Shown: piece by piece, positions 19,468 to 29,559 of the stretch
How the letters are laid out: each line of letters starts with the position of its first letter
Position numbering within the stretch: the first letter of the stretch is position 1
Assembly (NCBI GenBank): GCA_044224405.1
Contig: JBGAKN010000004.1
Location: 23,309-87,308 of the forward strand
Source of the DNA: Tagaea sp.
GTDB taxonomy: Bacteria; Pseudomonadota; Alphaproteobacteria; CACIAM-22H2
Reading direction: 5' to 3'
Length of the DNA stretch: 64,000 nucleotides
Program-made: the position numbers and the translations under genes
Notes under the pieces: model-generated
Seen by the model: the letters and a program-made list of their open reading frames with translations, nothing else
What the model was told of the DNA's origin: nothing
Databases searched by the model: none

Positions 19468-20769
19468 ATGCAGATCGATCACCCACACTCCGCTCCTGTA
19501 GCTCGTTCGGCCTTCGCGGAGATGTTCACGCCGAAACTCGTGACGGTCATTCGCGAAGGATACGACGCGCACGCCCTGAAGAACGATGCAATCGCCGGCC
19601 TGACGGTCGCGATCGTCGCCATTCCGCTTTGCATGGCCATCGCGATCGCGTCGGGCCTGTCGCCGGACCGCGGGCTCTTCACGGCGATCATCGGCGGATT
19701 CCTGATTTCCGCGTTCGGCGGCAGCCGCTTCCAGATCGGCGGGCCTGCCGGCGCATTCATCGTACTCGTCGCCTCGATCGTCGAGCGGCACGGCTATGAC
19801 GGCCTGGTCCTAGCGACCGCGATCGCCGGCGTCGTGATGCTCGTCGTCGGCTTCCTGCGCCTCGGCAGCTACATCAGGCTCGTCCCCCATCCGGTGACCG
19901 TCGGATTCACGTCGGGCATCGCGGTCATCATCTTCGCCAGCCAGATCAAGGAACTTCTCGGGCTCGAAATCGAGAGCGAGCCAGGCGCGCTGCTGCCAAA
20001 GCTGAAGGCCATCTGGGCAGCACTCGGGACCTTCCATGGTTCCACGATGGCCATCGCCCTCGTCTCGATCGCGACGATCGTGGTCCTGCGCCGGTTACGC
20101 CCGTCCTGGCCCGGGCTCCTTATCGCCGTGGCAGCCGCCGCCGGCGCGGCCTATCTGCTCGGGCTCGATGTCGCGACGATCGGCTCGCGCTTCGGCGGAA
20201 TTCCGAACAGTCTGCCCGCGCCGGGTTTCCCGGAAATCACGCTCGCGAAAATCCGCGCGGTCCTTCCCGACGCGTTCGCCGTCGCGTTCCTCGGTTCCAT
20301 CGAATCGCTTCTTTCGGCGCTGGTCGCCGACGGCATGACCGAGCGGCGGCACCGCTCGAACTGCGAACTGGTCGCGCAGGGCGGCGCCAACATCGTAGCC
20401 GTGATCTTCGGCGGCATGCCAGTGACAGGCACCATCGCGCGGACGGCGACGAACATCCGCGCCGGCGCGCGCAGCCCCGTTTCCGGCATCCTGCACGCGA
20501 TCTACATCCTGCTTTTCATGATGTTCGCGGCGCCGCTGGCATCCTATGTCCCGCTCGCGGCGCTCGGGGCCGTCCTCGTGATCGTCGCCTGGAACATGGC
20601 GGAACGCGAAGCGTTCGTTGCTCTTGTCCGCAAGTCGAAAGGCGACGCGCTCATCCTGCTTGCGACCTTCCTGCTGACGATCTTCGACGACCTGATCACC
20701 GGCATCTCGGTCGGCGTGATCCTCGGTGTGCTCAGGTCCCTGTTCGCGAACCGGTACGAACGGGATTGA
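19468..20769 (+). CDS. sulP: SulP/SLC26 anion permease lacking the C-terminal STAS domain
   Basis: DAIAGLTVAIVAIP, QIGGPAGAF, ESLLSA, NCELVAQG, TGTIARTATN; stops just after the last TM helix. Confidence 0.88.
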   Translation: MQIDHPHSAPVARSAFAEMFTPKLVTVIREGYDAHALKNDAIAGLTVAIVAIPLCMAIAIASGLSPDRGLFTAIIGGFLISAFGGSRFQIGGPAGAFIVLVASIVERHGYDGLVLATAIAGVVMLVVGFLRLGSYIRLVPHPVTVGFTSGIAVIIFASQIKELLGLEIESEPGALLPKLKAIWAALGTFHGSTMAIALVSIATIVVLRRLRPSWPGLLIAVAAAAGAAYLLGLDVATIGSRFGGIPNSLPAPGFPEITLAKIRAVLPDAFAVAFLGSIESLLSALVADGMTERRHRSNCELVAQGGANIVAVIFGGMPVTGTIARTATNIRAGARSPVSGILHAIYILLFMMFAAPLASYVPLAALGAVLVIVAWNMAEREAFVALVRKSKGDALILLATFLLTIFDDLITGISVGVILGVLRSLFANRYERD

Positions 20770-20800
20770 GCGGCGGCACCCCGATGCCGGTCGCCGCTCA
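20767..20800. terminator. Hairpin between convergent sulP and selO
   Basis: TGAGCGGCG...CGCCGCTCA 9-bp stem. Confidence 0.4.
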
Positions 20801-22282
20801 GGTCCCGCAGAACGTCGCCTGCACGACCTCGTCCGGTTCGGGCGGGACTGTGAATCGCGCGAATGCCGGCCGGTCCTCGTAGGGCGAACGAACAGCCTCC
20901 AGCAGCGCGTCGAACGGCCGCAGATCACCTTCAAGCGCTGCGCGCAACGACGCCTCGACCTGGTGATTGCGCGCGATCACCGCGGGATTGACGGAACGCA
21001 TTGCCTTCTGCCGGATTGAATCGACCGAGCCTTCGCCGGCGAGCCGTTGCCGCCAGCGAACCGCCCATGCGTCGAACGGCGCGGGGTCCTTGAAAAGCTC
21101 GCGAACCGGGCTGTCTTCGGCGGGGCCTCCGCCTGGCAGCGCGCTGAGGCGGCGGAACAGCACCGTGAAATCGACCGCCTGCTTCGCCATTTCCGCGAGA
21201 AGGCCTTCTGCCAGCGCGCCGTCGCCTTCTTGCGGCACGGCGAAACCAAGCTTTCCGCGCAAGCCAGTCAGAAGCGCCGCTTCGCAGGCATCGGGAAACC
21301 GGTTGATGGATGCCTGTGCGGCTTCGACAGCGGAATCCTCGTCCGTGCCCAGAAGCGGCAACAGCGCCTGCGCCAGTTGCGCCATGTTCCAGTGTCCGAT
21401 CCGCGGCTGGTTGGCGTAGGCGTACCGGCCCGAACTGTCGATGGAACTGAACACCGTCCCGGGATGATATGTGTCCATGAAGGCGCATGGCCCGTAGTCG
21501 ATCGTCTCGCCGGCGATCGACATGTTGTCTGTGTTCATGACCCCGTGGATGAAGCCGACCGCCTGCCAGCGCGCGATCAGCGTCGCCGTCCGTGCGACCG
21601 TGGCATCAAGCAGCGCAAGATAGCGATTGCCGGCCGCTTCGGCTTCCGGAACAAGTCGCGCGATCGCGTAGTCGGCAAGCGCACGGAGCGAAACGACGTC
21701 GCCGCGCGCCGCGAAATACTGGAACGTTCCGACACGGACATGGCTGCGCGCCACGCGCGTCAGGATCGCGCCAGGCAGTCGTTCTTCGCGATAGACCGCT
21801 TCGCCGGTCGCGACGGTGGCGAGCACGCGCGTCGTCGGGATGCCGAGCGCCGCCATGGCTTCGCTGACGACGAACTCGCGCAATACCGGGCCGATCGCGG
21901 CGCGACCGTCGCCGTTGCGCGAAAACGGCGTTCGCCCGGATCCCTTCAGCTGCAGGTCGTATCGCGTCCCTTCCCCGTCACGGATCTCGCCCAGCAGGAT
22001 CGCGCGACCGTCGCCCAGTTGCGGCACCCAGTGCCCGAACTGATGCCCGGCATAGGCCATCGCCAGCGGTTCGGCGCCTTCCGGAACCCGGTTGCCCGCC
22101 AGCATCGCGATGCCGTCCGCGCCGCGCAGCCACGTCGGATCAAGCCCAAGCTGGCGCGCCAACGGTTCGTTGAGGCGCAGAAGCTGCGGCGCCGCGACGG
22201 GCGTGGGCGCCAGCCGCGCATAGAAATTTGCCGGCAGCCGCGCATAGCTGTTGTCGAAGGCAATGGGCGAAAACTCGTTCAC
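20798..22282 (-). CDS. selO: Protein adenylyltransferase SelO/YdiU
   Basis: YAGHQFG, LGDGRA, LKGSG.TP, DGRA, GFIHGVMNTDN, IDYGP, C-terminal TFCGT; GTG start. Confidence 0.95.
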   Translation of the reverse strand: MNEFSPIAFDNSYARLPANFYARLAPTPVAAPQLLRLNEPLARQLGLDPTWLRGADGIAMLAGNRVPEGAEPLAMAYAGHQFGHWVPQLGDGRAILLGEIRDGEGTRYDLQLKGSGRTPFSRNGDGRAAIGPVLREFVVSEAMAALGIPTTRVLATVATGEAVYREERLPGAILTRVARSHVRVGTFQYFAARGDVVSLRALADYAIARLVPEAEAAGNRYLALLDATVARTATLIARWQAVGFIHGVMNTDNMSIAGETIDYGPCAFMDTYHPGTVFSSIDSSGRYAYANQPRIGHWNMAQLAQALLPLLGTDEDSAVEAAQASINRFPDACEAALLTGLRGKLGFAVPQEGDGALAEGLLAEMAKQAVDFTVLFRRLSALPGGGPAEDSPVRELFKDPAPFDAWAVRWRQRLAGEGSVDSIRQKAMRSVNPAVIARNHQVEASLRAALEGDLRPFDALLEAVRSPYEDRPAFARFTVPPEPDEVVQATFCGT

Positions 22283-22289
22283 TCGGCCC

Positions 22290-24554
22290 TCATCTGAACT
22301 CGGACTCGAACCTGCGCAGTCTAAGCGCATTCGTCAGGACGAAGACGCTCGACATCGCCATGGCGCCGGCCGCGATCATCGGCGACAGGAGGATGCCGAA
22401 CCAAGGATGGAGCACGCCCGCCGCGACCGGCACAAGCACGACGTTATAGGCGAATGCCCAGAACAGGTTCTGCTCGATATTGCGCATCGTGGCCTTGGAA
22501 AGCGAGATCGCCGTCGAAACCACGCGCAGGTCGTTCGTCATCAGGACCACGTCCGCGCTGTCCATCGCGATATCCGTGCCAGAACCGACGGCAATGCCGA
22601 CATCCGCCTCCGCCAGCGCCGGCGCGTCGTTGATGCCGTCACCGACGAAAGCGACGCGCTCTCCCGAGGACCGCATGGCTTTCAGCGCGTCGAGTTTTCC
22701 CGCGGGCAGGACCTCCGCACGCACGTCGTCGATGCCCAGGCGTGCCGCGACCGCCCTCGCCGCGCCCCGGTTGTCGCCCGAGATCATCACCGTCTTCAGG
22801 CCGAGCGACTTCAATGCCGCGACGGCAGCAGCACTTGTCGGGCGGATCGGGTCGGAAACGGCGAACATGCCGGCGAGCTTTCCATCGACCGCCGCATAGA
22901 GCGGGCTTTTCCCGTCGGCGGCGAGCGCGGCGACATCGGCATCGAACGCGGCGACATCCAGCCCCAACCGGGCCATGTATCTGTCCGCACCGACCGCGAC
23001 GCGCCTGCCCGCAACCATTGCCGACACGCCGTACCCCGGCTCGGCCGCGAAGTTCTGCACCGGTAGCGGCACCCGACCCGCCTCCCTCGCCGCACGGACG
23101 ATGGCCGTCGAGATGGGGTGTTCGGACGGCGCTTCGACCGACGCGACAAGTTCGAGCAGTGTGTCGCGCGAATGGCCGCCGGTCGCGACGAAGTCCGTCA
23201 ATTCGGGCCTTCCGCGCGTGAGCGTCCCGGTCTTGTCGAACGCGATGAGCGTGATGCCGCGCAGTCCTTGCAGGGCGTCGCCGCGCCGGAACAGGATGCC
23301 GAGTTCGGCCGCCCGTCCCGTGCCGACCATGATCGAGGTCGGCGTGGCCAGCCCCATCGCGCACGGACACGCGATGATGAGGACGGCGACCGCATTCACG
23401 AGACCGAACGTGAGCGCCGGCTCGGGGCCCCAGATCGACCACGCCGCGAACGTCAGACCGGCGACGCCCAGCACGGCGGGAACGAAGTATGCCGTCACCC
23501 GATCGACCAGACTCTGGATCGGCAACTTGGCACCCTGGGCGCCTTCGACCATCCGGATGATCTGCGCGAGTACCGTGTCCTTGCCGATCCGCGTCGCCTC
23601 GACGACGAAGCTGCCGGTCGTGTTGATCGTGCCGCCGATGACGGTTGCGCCCTCCGGCTTCGCGACCGGAACGGGCTCGCCCGAGATCATGGATTCGTCG
23701 ACATGCGATTGGCCAGAGATCACGCGGCCGTCGACCGGCACCCGCTCGCCGGGGCGTACCTGCACATGGTCGCCAATGACGATCCGTTCGAGCGGGACTT
23801 CGGCGACCGCTCCGCTTCGGACGAGACGCGCCGTCTTCGGCTGGAGCCCCGCGAGCCGGCGGATCGCGGCGCTTGTCCGCCCGCGGCTTACGGCTTCGAG
23901 ATAGCGTCCGGCCAGGATCAGCGTGACGATGACGGTCGATGCTTCGTAGTAGACGTGCGTCGTGCCGGCCGGCAGCCACGCCGGCGCGAATGTCGAGACG
24001 GCAGAGTAGCCGTAGGCGCTGAGCGTGCCGATCGCGACAAGGGAATTCATGTCCGGCGTGCCGCGCAGAAGATTCGGAATGCCCTTGGTCTGGAACCGCA
24101 GCCCGGGCCCGAAAAGGACGATCGTTGCCAGCACGAAAAAGGCGAAGTTGAGCGTCGCATGGCCGAACAGGATGCCGACCCACGAATGGATGATCGGGAA
24201 CGCATGCCCGCCCATCTCGACGGCGAAGATCGGCAGCGTCAGGACCGCCGAGGCGATCACGGCCTTGCGCAGCTCATCCCGCTCGGTCGCTTTTGTGTCT
24301 TCTTCCCGTTCGGTGGGCCCGTCGTCACCGATCCGTCGCGCGGCATAGCCCGCGCGTTCGACCGCCGCTTCGATGGCGCCGGCCGGTACGACCCCCGGAT
24401 CGAACGTCACGCTGGCCCGTTCCGTCGCGAGATTAACCGACGCCCCCGTGACGCCGGTGACAGCGCGGATCACTTTCTCGACCCGACTGACACAGGAAGC
24501 ACAGGTCATTCCCGTCACGGCGAATTCGGCAGGCGCGGGCGTCACGGCATTCAT
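22290..24554 (-). CDS. copA: Cu(I)-translocating P1B-1 ATPase
   Basis: HMA GMTCASC, CPC, DKTGT, SEHP, GDGIND, YN and MAMSS in the terminal TM helices. Confidence 0.95.
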   Translation of the reverse strand: MNAVTPAPAEFAVTGMTCASCVSRVEKVIRAVTGVTGASVNLATERASVTFDPGVVPAGAIEAAVERAGYAARRIGDDGPTEREEDTKATERDELRKAVIASAVLTLPIFAVEMGGHAFPIIHSWVGILFGHATLNFAFFVLATIVLFGPGLRFQTKGIPNLLRGTPDMNSLVAIGTLSAYGYSAVSTFAPAWLPAGTTHVYYEASTVIVTLILAGRYLEAVSRGRTSAAIRRLAGLQPKTARLVRSGAVAEVPLERIVIGDHVQVRPGERVPVDGRVISGQSHVDESMISGEPVPVAKPEGATVIGGTINTTGSFVVEATRIGKDTVLAQIIRMVEGAQGAKLPIQSLVDRVTAYFVPAVLGVAGLTFAAWSIWGPEPALTFGLVNAVAVLIIACPCAMGLATPTSIMVGTGRAAELGILFRRGDALQGLRGITLIAFDKTGTLTRGRPELTDFVATGGHSRDTLLELVASVEAPSEHPISTAIVRAAREAGRVPLPVQNFAAEPGYGVSAMVAGRRVAVGADRYMARLGLDVAAFDADVAALAADGKSPLYAAVDGKLAGMFAVSDPIRPTSAAAVAALKSLGLKTVMISGDNRGAARAVAARLGIDDVRAEVLPAGKLDALKAMRSSGERVAFVGDGINDAPALAEADVGIAVGSGTDIAMDSADVVLMTNDLRVVSTAISLSKATMRNIEQNLFWAFAYNVVLVPVAAGVLHPWFGILLSPMIAAGAMAMSSVFVLTNALRLRRFESEFR

Positions 24555-24589
24555 GGATATCTCCGGGCGTTCATCATTCTACCTGTGCG

Positions 24590-24612
24590 CCCTCCCGTCG
24601 CGGGAAGGTCAA
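24590..24612 (-). promoter_or_regulatory. CueR (MerR-family) operator/promoter of copA
   Basis: Minus strand TTGACCTTCCCGCGACGGGAGGG: a -35 TTGACC overlapping an ACCTTCCC...GGGAGGG dyad, close to the CueR consensus ACCTTCC-N7-GGAAGGT. Confidence 0.75.
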
Positions 24613-24719
24613 GGCAGCCGGAATTTCCCGCTCGCCTCCGGGACTTTTCCACAACTTCCTGGGCCTTCCCGTATTCCGCGCATTGACTCCGTCCACAAAT
24701 TTTATCCAATATCCAATCA

Positions 24720-25409
24720 ATGAAAACGGCGGCACTTCAAGATATTGCCAGAAACGGGGCTGCGCGGCATCGCACGGCCACCCAGCATGTCGTCGACTGC
24801 CTGCGCGAAGGGATTGCCAACGGAACGCTGGTCGAAGGCGAAGCGCTCGTCCAGGACGAGATCGCCGAGGCCCTTGGCGTCAGCCGCACGCCGATCCGCG
24901 AAGCGCTTCGCATGCTCGAAGCCGACGGGTGGGTTGTCTTCGCCCCGCATCGCGGCGCGGTCGTCGCGACCCTCTCGACCGACGAGGTCCGGCAGATCTT
25001 CGAAATCCGCTTCGCGCTCGAATCGCTCGCCTTGCGCCAATCGGTGCCGAAGCTTGATAAGGCCGCCTTCGACGAGGCGGCTGCCCTTCTCGATGCGCTG
25101 GAAACCGAGAACGACATCGGCCGCTGGGTGGCGCTGCATCGCAAGTTCCATCTGCGCCTCTATTCCGAAGCCGGTCCGCGGCTTGTCGGCCTGATCGAAA
25201 GCCAGTACGACGCGGTCGACCGCTATCTGCGTCTTGAACTCCTCGCGATGGACAATGCGGCCGACAATCGCGATGAACACAGGGCCATCCTCGCTGCCTG
25301 CCGGCGGGGCGACGTCGAAAGCGCGATCGCGCTGAGCGAGCCGCATATCGCGGGAGCCGGCAAGGACCTTGCCGAGGCACTCGACAGGCGCCGGGGTAGC
25401 ACCGCATGA
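24720..25409 (+). CDS. GntR/FCD-family regulator
   Basis: LGVSRTPIREALRMLEADG wHTH; FH...EH FCD motif. Confidence 0.93.
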   Translation: MKTAALQDIARNGAARHRTATQHVVDCLREGIANGTLVEGEALVQDEIAEALGVSRTPIREALRMLEADGWVVFAPHRGAVVATLSTDEVRQIFEIRFALESLALRQSVPKLDKAAFDEAAALLDALETENDIGRWVALHRKFHLRLYSEAGPRLVGLIESQYDAVDRYLRLELLAMDNAADNRDEHRAILAACRRGDVESAIALSEPHIAGAGKDLAEALDRRRGSTA

Positions 25410-26602
25410 GTCTCGATCTCGCCAAGGTTCGCGCCGATACGCCGGGTGTGGCGCACGTCGTGCATTTCAATAATGCCGGCTGCGCCCTGCCGCCACGCGC
25501 GGTCACGGAGGCGATGGTCGAATATCTGCATCTGGAATCCGAAATCGGCGGATACGAGGCGAACGACCGCATGCGCGCGCGCATCGAGCGCCCCTACGCG
25601 GCGCTGGCGCGCCTTCTCAACGCCGGAACGGACGAGATTGCCGTGGTCGAGAACGCCACGCGCGCATGGGACATGGCCTTCTATGCGGTGAAACTCGCGC
25701 CCGGCGACCGGATCCTGACGACGCAGACCGAGTACTGCAGCAACTTCATCGCATTCCTGCATCGCGCCGCGCGCGACGGCATCGAGATCGACGTGGCGCC
25801 GTGCGATGCGGAGGGCGATCTCGATCTTGCCGCGTTCCAGCGCCTGATCGGGCCACGCACGAAACTCATCGCAATCACCCACGTCGCGACGAGCGGCGGG
25901 CTCGTGAACCCGGCATCGGCCGTCGGCCGGATCGCTCGCCAGGCCGGCGTCCCCTATCTGCTCGATGCCTGCCAGTCCATCGGCCAGCTTCCCATCGACG
26001 TCGAAGCGATCGGATGCGACATGCTTTCCGGCACGGCGCGCAAGTTCCTGCGGGGGCCGCGGGGCATCGGCTTCCTCTATGTCCGGCGCGGCATCCTCGA
26101 ACGGCTCGAACCGCCCTTTCTCGACGACCACGCCGCGAACTGGACAGGGGACCGGAGCTACAGCCTGCGCGGCGACGCGCGGCGCTTCGAGACCCCCGAA
26201 TGCAGCATCGCAGCCAAGCTCGGTTTCGGTGTCGCGCTCGACTATGCGCTCGCACTTGACATGACGGCCGTCGAGCGCCGCGTTTCGGAACTTGCCGGCG
26301 CGCTGCGCGGTCAGCTTGCCTCGATCGAAGGCGTGCACGTCCATGATCGCGGCCGCGTCCGCTGCGGGATCGTGACCTTCTCGGTGCCCGGCAGGGCCGC
26401 CGATCTGGTGAAGGCGGAACTCGCGCGCCGCGCAATGAACGTGACGGTATCGGTCGGCGAAGCGACGCGCCTCGATCTCCTTCCGCGCGGGCTGGACCGG
26501 ATCGTCCGGGCATCGGTCCACTATTACAACACCGAGGAAGAGGTCGACCGCTTTACCGGCGCCGTCGGCCAGATCGCCCTGCGCGAAGGACTGTCCGCAT
26601 GA
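25406..26602 (+). CDS. Class V PLP-dependent enzyme (desulfurase/lyase-like)
   Basis: HFNNAG, DACQSIG, SGTARKFLRGPRG (PLP Lys), RASVHYYN. Confidence 0.88.
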   Translation: MSLDLAKVRADTPGVAHVVHFNNAGCALPPRAVTEAMVEYLHLESEIGGYEANDRMRARIERPYAALARLLNAGTDEIAVVENATRAWDMAFYAVKLAPGDRILTTQTEYCSNFIAFLHRAARDGIEIDVAPCDAEGDLDLAAFQRLIGPRTKLIAITHVATSGGLVNPASAVGRIARQAGVPYLLDACQSIGQLPIDVEAIGCDMLSGTARKFLRGPRGIGFLYVRRGILERLEPPFLDDHAANWTGDRSYSLRGDARRFETPECSIAAKLGFGVALDYALALDMTAVERRVSELAGALRGQLASIEGVHVHDRGRVRCGIVTFSVPGRAADLVKAELARRAMNVTVSVGEATRLDLLPRGLDRIVRASVHYYNTEEEVDRFTGAVGQIALREGLSA

Positions 26603-28122
26603 ACGCGATCCATCCCAATCTCGGCCGTTGCTTCGATGCCGCGCGCGCACCCGACAAGGTCGCCCTCATCGATCTTCGCGACTGGGACAAGCCTGTCGAG
26701 ACCACTTACCGCGCGTTCGATGCCGAATGCGACGCCGTCGCGCGCGGCCTGCTGCGCAAGGGCCTGAAACGCGGCGATCGGGTCGGCATCCTGTCGCTCA
26801 ACCGCCGCGAACTGCTGGCCGCCTATTTCGGCACGATGCGGGCCGGGCTCGTGTCGGTTCCGATCTCGTTCAAGCTGTCGCGCGAGACCATCGACCACAT
26901 CGTGGCCGATGCCGACCTGCGCGCCGTTTTCCACGACCGCGAGCGCGCCGGAATATGCCCGGCGGACATCCTGCACGTCGATTTCGACGATCCGAAGGGC
27001 TACGCCGCTCTCCTTGATCCTGGCCCGTTCGAGACGGTCCTGCCCGAGGGGCGTGAACTCGGCATGATCCTCTACACGTCCGGATCGACCGGGAAGCCGA
27101 AGGGCGTGCTCCTTTCGCACGCCTCGCAGCACTGGTCGCTGACAACGTCGGCGAAGATGTACGGCGACCGCTCGCATCACCGCTATATCGTCGCGGCGCC
27201 GATGTTCCACATGAACGCGACGATCAGCGTGAAAGGCGCGCTGGCGGCCGGCGGCAGCATCATCCTGCTGCCGTCCTTTGACGCGAAGAAATACGCGATG
27301 GCGCTGGCGCGCTATCGGGCGACGTGGCTCACCTCCGTGCCGACCATGCTCGCCCTCGTCGCGCGCGAACGCGAGCTGATCGGCGGGCTCGATTTCTCGT
27401 CCGTCACGAACGTGACGATGGGCTCGGCCCCCCTCACCCAGGCGCTCGTCGACAAGGTGCAGGCCCTTTTCCCGAAGTCGACCATCAACAACAGCTACGG
27501 GACGACCGAAGGCGGCCCCTCGCCCTTTGGCCCGCATCCCGACGGCATTCCGCGCCCGCCGGCCGCACTGGGCTATCCGCTGCCGGGATCGCTGTGCGAA
27601 TTGCGCGAGGGGCCCGGCCCCGACGAAGGCGTGCTCTACATGAAGAGCCCGATGCGGATGGAGGGTTACAACAACCTGCCAGCCAAGACCGACGAGGTGC
27701 TGAAGGACGGCTGGTACCGCTCGGGCGACATCATGAGGCGCGACGCGCATGGCTTCTTCCACTTCCTCGGGCGCGCGGACGACATGTTCGTGGTCGGCGG
27801 CGAAAATGTCTGGCCCGGCGAGGTCGAGCGCCTGATCGAACGCCTTCCCGGCGTCCACCAGGCCGCCGTCGTGCCGGTGCCCGACGAGATCAAGGGCATG
27901 CTGCCCTTCGCCTTCGTCGTGCGCCAGCCGGGATCGAGCGTCGATGCCGCCGCCGTCAAGGCGTTCGCGCTTGCCAACGGCCCGGCCTATGCCCATCCGC
28001 GGTTCGTCGAATTCTGCGACGAGATCCCGCTTGCCGCCACGAACAAGCCCGACCGAAAGCTGCTGACCGAACGCGCCCTGCCGATCGCCCGCAAGCAACG
28101 CGCCACCGTGGGAGAAGGCTGA
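26599..28122 (+). CDS. Acyl-CoA synthetase (AMP-forming)
   Basis: YTSGSTGKPKG, SYGTTE, WYRSGD, GRADD. Confidence 0.93.
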   Translation: MNAIHPNLGRCFDAARAPDKVALIDLRDWDKPVETTYRAFDAECDAVARGLLRKGLKRGDRVGILSLNRRELLAAYFGTMRAGLVSVPISFKLSRETIDHIVADADLRAVFHDRERAGICPADILHVDFDDPKGYAALLDPGPFETVLPEGRELGMILYTSGSTGKPKGVLLSHASQHWSLTTSAKMYGDRSHHRYIVAAPMFHMNATISVKGALAAGGSIILLPSFDAKKYAMALARYRATWLTSVPTMLALVARERELIGGLDFSSVTNVTMGSAPLTQALVDKVQALFPKSTINNSYGTTEGGPSPFGPHPDGIPRPPAALGYPLPGSLCELREGPGPDEGVLYMKSPMRMEGYNNLPAKTDEVLKDGWYRSGDIMRRDAHGFFHFLGRADDMFVVGGENVWPGEVERLIERLPGVHQAAVVPVPDEIKGMLPFAFVVRQPGSSVDAAAVKAFALANGPAYAHPRFVEFCDEIPLAATNKPDRKLLTERALPIARKQRATVGEG

Positions 28123-28123
28123 C

Positions 28124-29143
28124 ATGCGCGCCGTCGTCCTTCACGAGCATGGCGGTCTCGACAAGCTCGTCTACGAACCCGCCTATCGCGACCCGAAATG
28201 CGGACCCGGCGACGTGGTGCTGCGCGTGCATGCCTGCGCCCTCAATTATCACGACGTCTTCACCCGGCGCGGCATGCCGGGTATCACGCTGGCACTGCCG
28301 CTGATCGTGGGCAATGACGCCGCCGGCGCGATCGTGGCACTCGGTGCTGACGTGAAGGATTTTCGCGTCGGTGACCGCGTCCTTGTCGATCCGATCGACC
28401 GGGTCAATCCGGGCTTTCTGGGCGAAACGCTCGATGGCGGGCTCGGTGAACTCCTGCGCGTGCCCGCACACATGCTGATTCCACTCGATGCGTCGATCGA
28501 CTACGCCGCCGCCGCCGCTCTCCCCGTCGCCTACGGCACCGCGCACCGGATGATGGTGGAGCGCGGGAAGATCAAGGCCGGCGAAACGGTGCTGATCCTA
28601 GGCGCATCCGGCGGCGTCGGCACCTGCTGCGTGCAGCTTGCCAAGCAGGCCGGCGCCACGGTCGCCGTCTGCGCATCGAGCGACGAGAAGCTCGCGCGCC
28701 TTAAAGAGGTCGGCGCGGACATCGCCATCAACTATGCGACCGGCGACTGGGTCGCCGAGTGCCATCGCCTGTTTGGCCGCGCGAGCACGCGGCGCAAGAA
28801 CGCCGGCGGGCTCGACATGGTTGTCAATTTCACCGGTGGCGAAACCTGGACGAAGGGCCTTCGCACCTTGCGGCGCGACGGGCGCATGGTCACCTGTGGG
28901 GCTACCGCCGGCTACGATCCCAAGGAAGACATCCGCTATATCTGGACTTTCGAGCTCAACATCGTCGGCTCGAACGGCTGGTCGCGCGACGACGTGACCA
29001 AGCTGCTCGCGATGGTCAAGGCCGGGACTCTGAAGCCCGTGCTGCACGAACGCCGCTTCCCGCTTGCCGAGGCGCGCGAGGCGATGCGCCAGATGGAAGA
29101 GCGTCTGGCGGTCGGCAAGGTCATCGTGGAGTCCCAGCGATGA
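28124..29143 (+). CDS. MDR-superfamily (quinone/enoyl reductase-like) oxidoreductase
   Basis: ALNYHD, ILGASGGVG, AVGKVI. Confidence 0.9.
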   Translation: MRAVVLHEHGGLDKLVYEPAYRDPKCGPGDVVLRVHACALNYHDVFTRRGMPGITLALPLIVGNDAAGAIVALGADVKDFRVGDRVLVDPIDRVNPGFLGETLDGGLGELLRVPAHMLIPLDASIDYAAAAALPVAYGTAHRMMVERGKIKAGETVLILGASGGVGTCCVQLAKQAGATVAVCASSDEKLARLKEVGADIAINYATGDWVAECHRLFGRASTRRKNAGGLDMVVNFTGGETWTKGLRTLRRDGRMVTCGATAGYDPKEDIRYIWTFELNIVGSNGWSRDDVTKLLAMVKAGTLKPVLHERRFPLAEAREAMRQMEERLAVGKVIVESQR

Positions 29144-29559
29144 ACGCGGCGACGTTGAGCGAGAAACTGTCGTCCGGCGCGTTCCAGCGCTTCCTCGGGC
29201 TCGAGCTTGTGGCGTTCGACGCGGCGGCCGCGACGGTCACGCTGCGCGCGCCCTGGCGCAAGGATTTCGAGCGCGGGCCCGACAGCGGGCAATGGCATGG
29301 CGGAATCATCGCCGCGATCGCCGACATCGCTGGCGATTTCGCGCTGATCGCGCGCCTCGAATATGGCGTGCCGACGATCGACCTTCGCATCGACTATCTG
29401 CGGCCGGCCATCGAAACCGACCTGACCGCGCATGCGCGCGCACTTCGCGTCGGCCGTTCGATCGGTACCGTCGACGTCGAATTGCGCGACAAGGCGGACA
29501 GGATCGTCGCGACCGGACGCGGCACCTACGCGACCGCCGACAGGAGCACGTCGCCATGA
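29140..29559 (+). CDS. PaaI-family hotdog thioesterase
   Basis: WHGGIIAAIAD, PTIDLRIDYLRPA; ATGA overlap with the upstream gene. Confidence 0.9.
   Translation: MNAATLSEKLSSGAFQRFLGLELVAFDAAAATVTLRAPWRKDFERGPDSGQWHGGIIAAIADIAGDFALIARLEYGVPTIDLRIDYLRPAIETDLTAHARALRVGRSIGTVDVELRDKADRIVATGRGTYATADRSTSP

Noticed and set aside
20798-20812. Selenocysteine read-through at the selO TGA
   Set aside because: The protein ends TFCGT with Cys at the redox position; the TGA is the normal stop and read-through would run into sulP.
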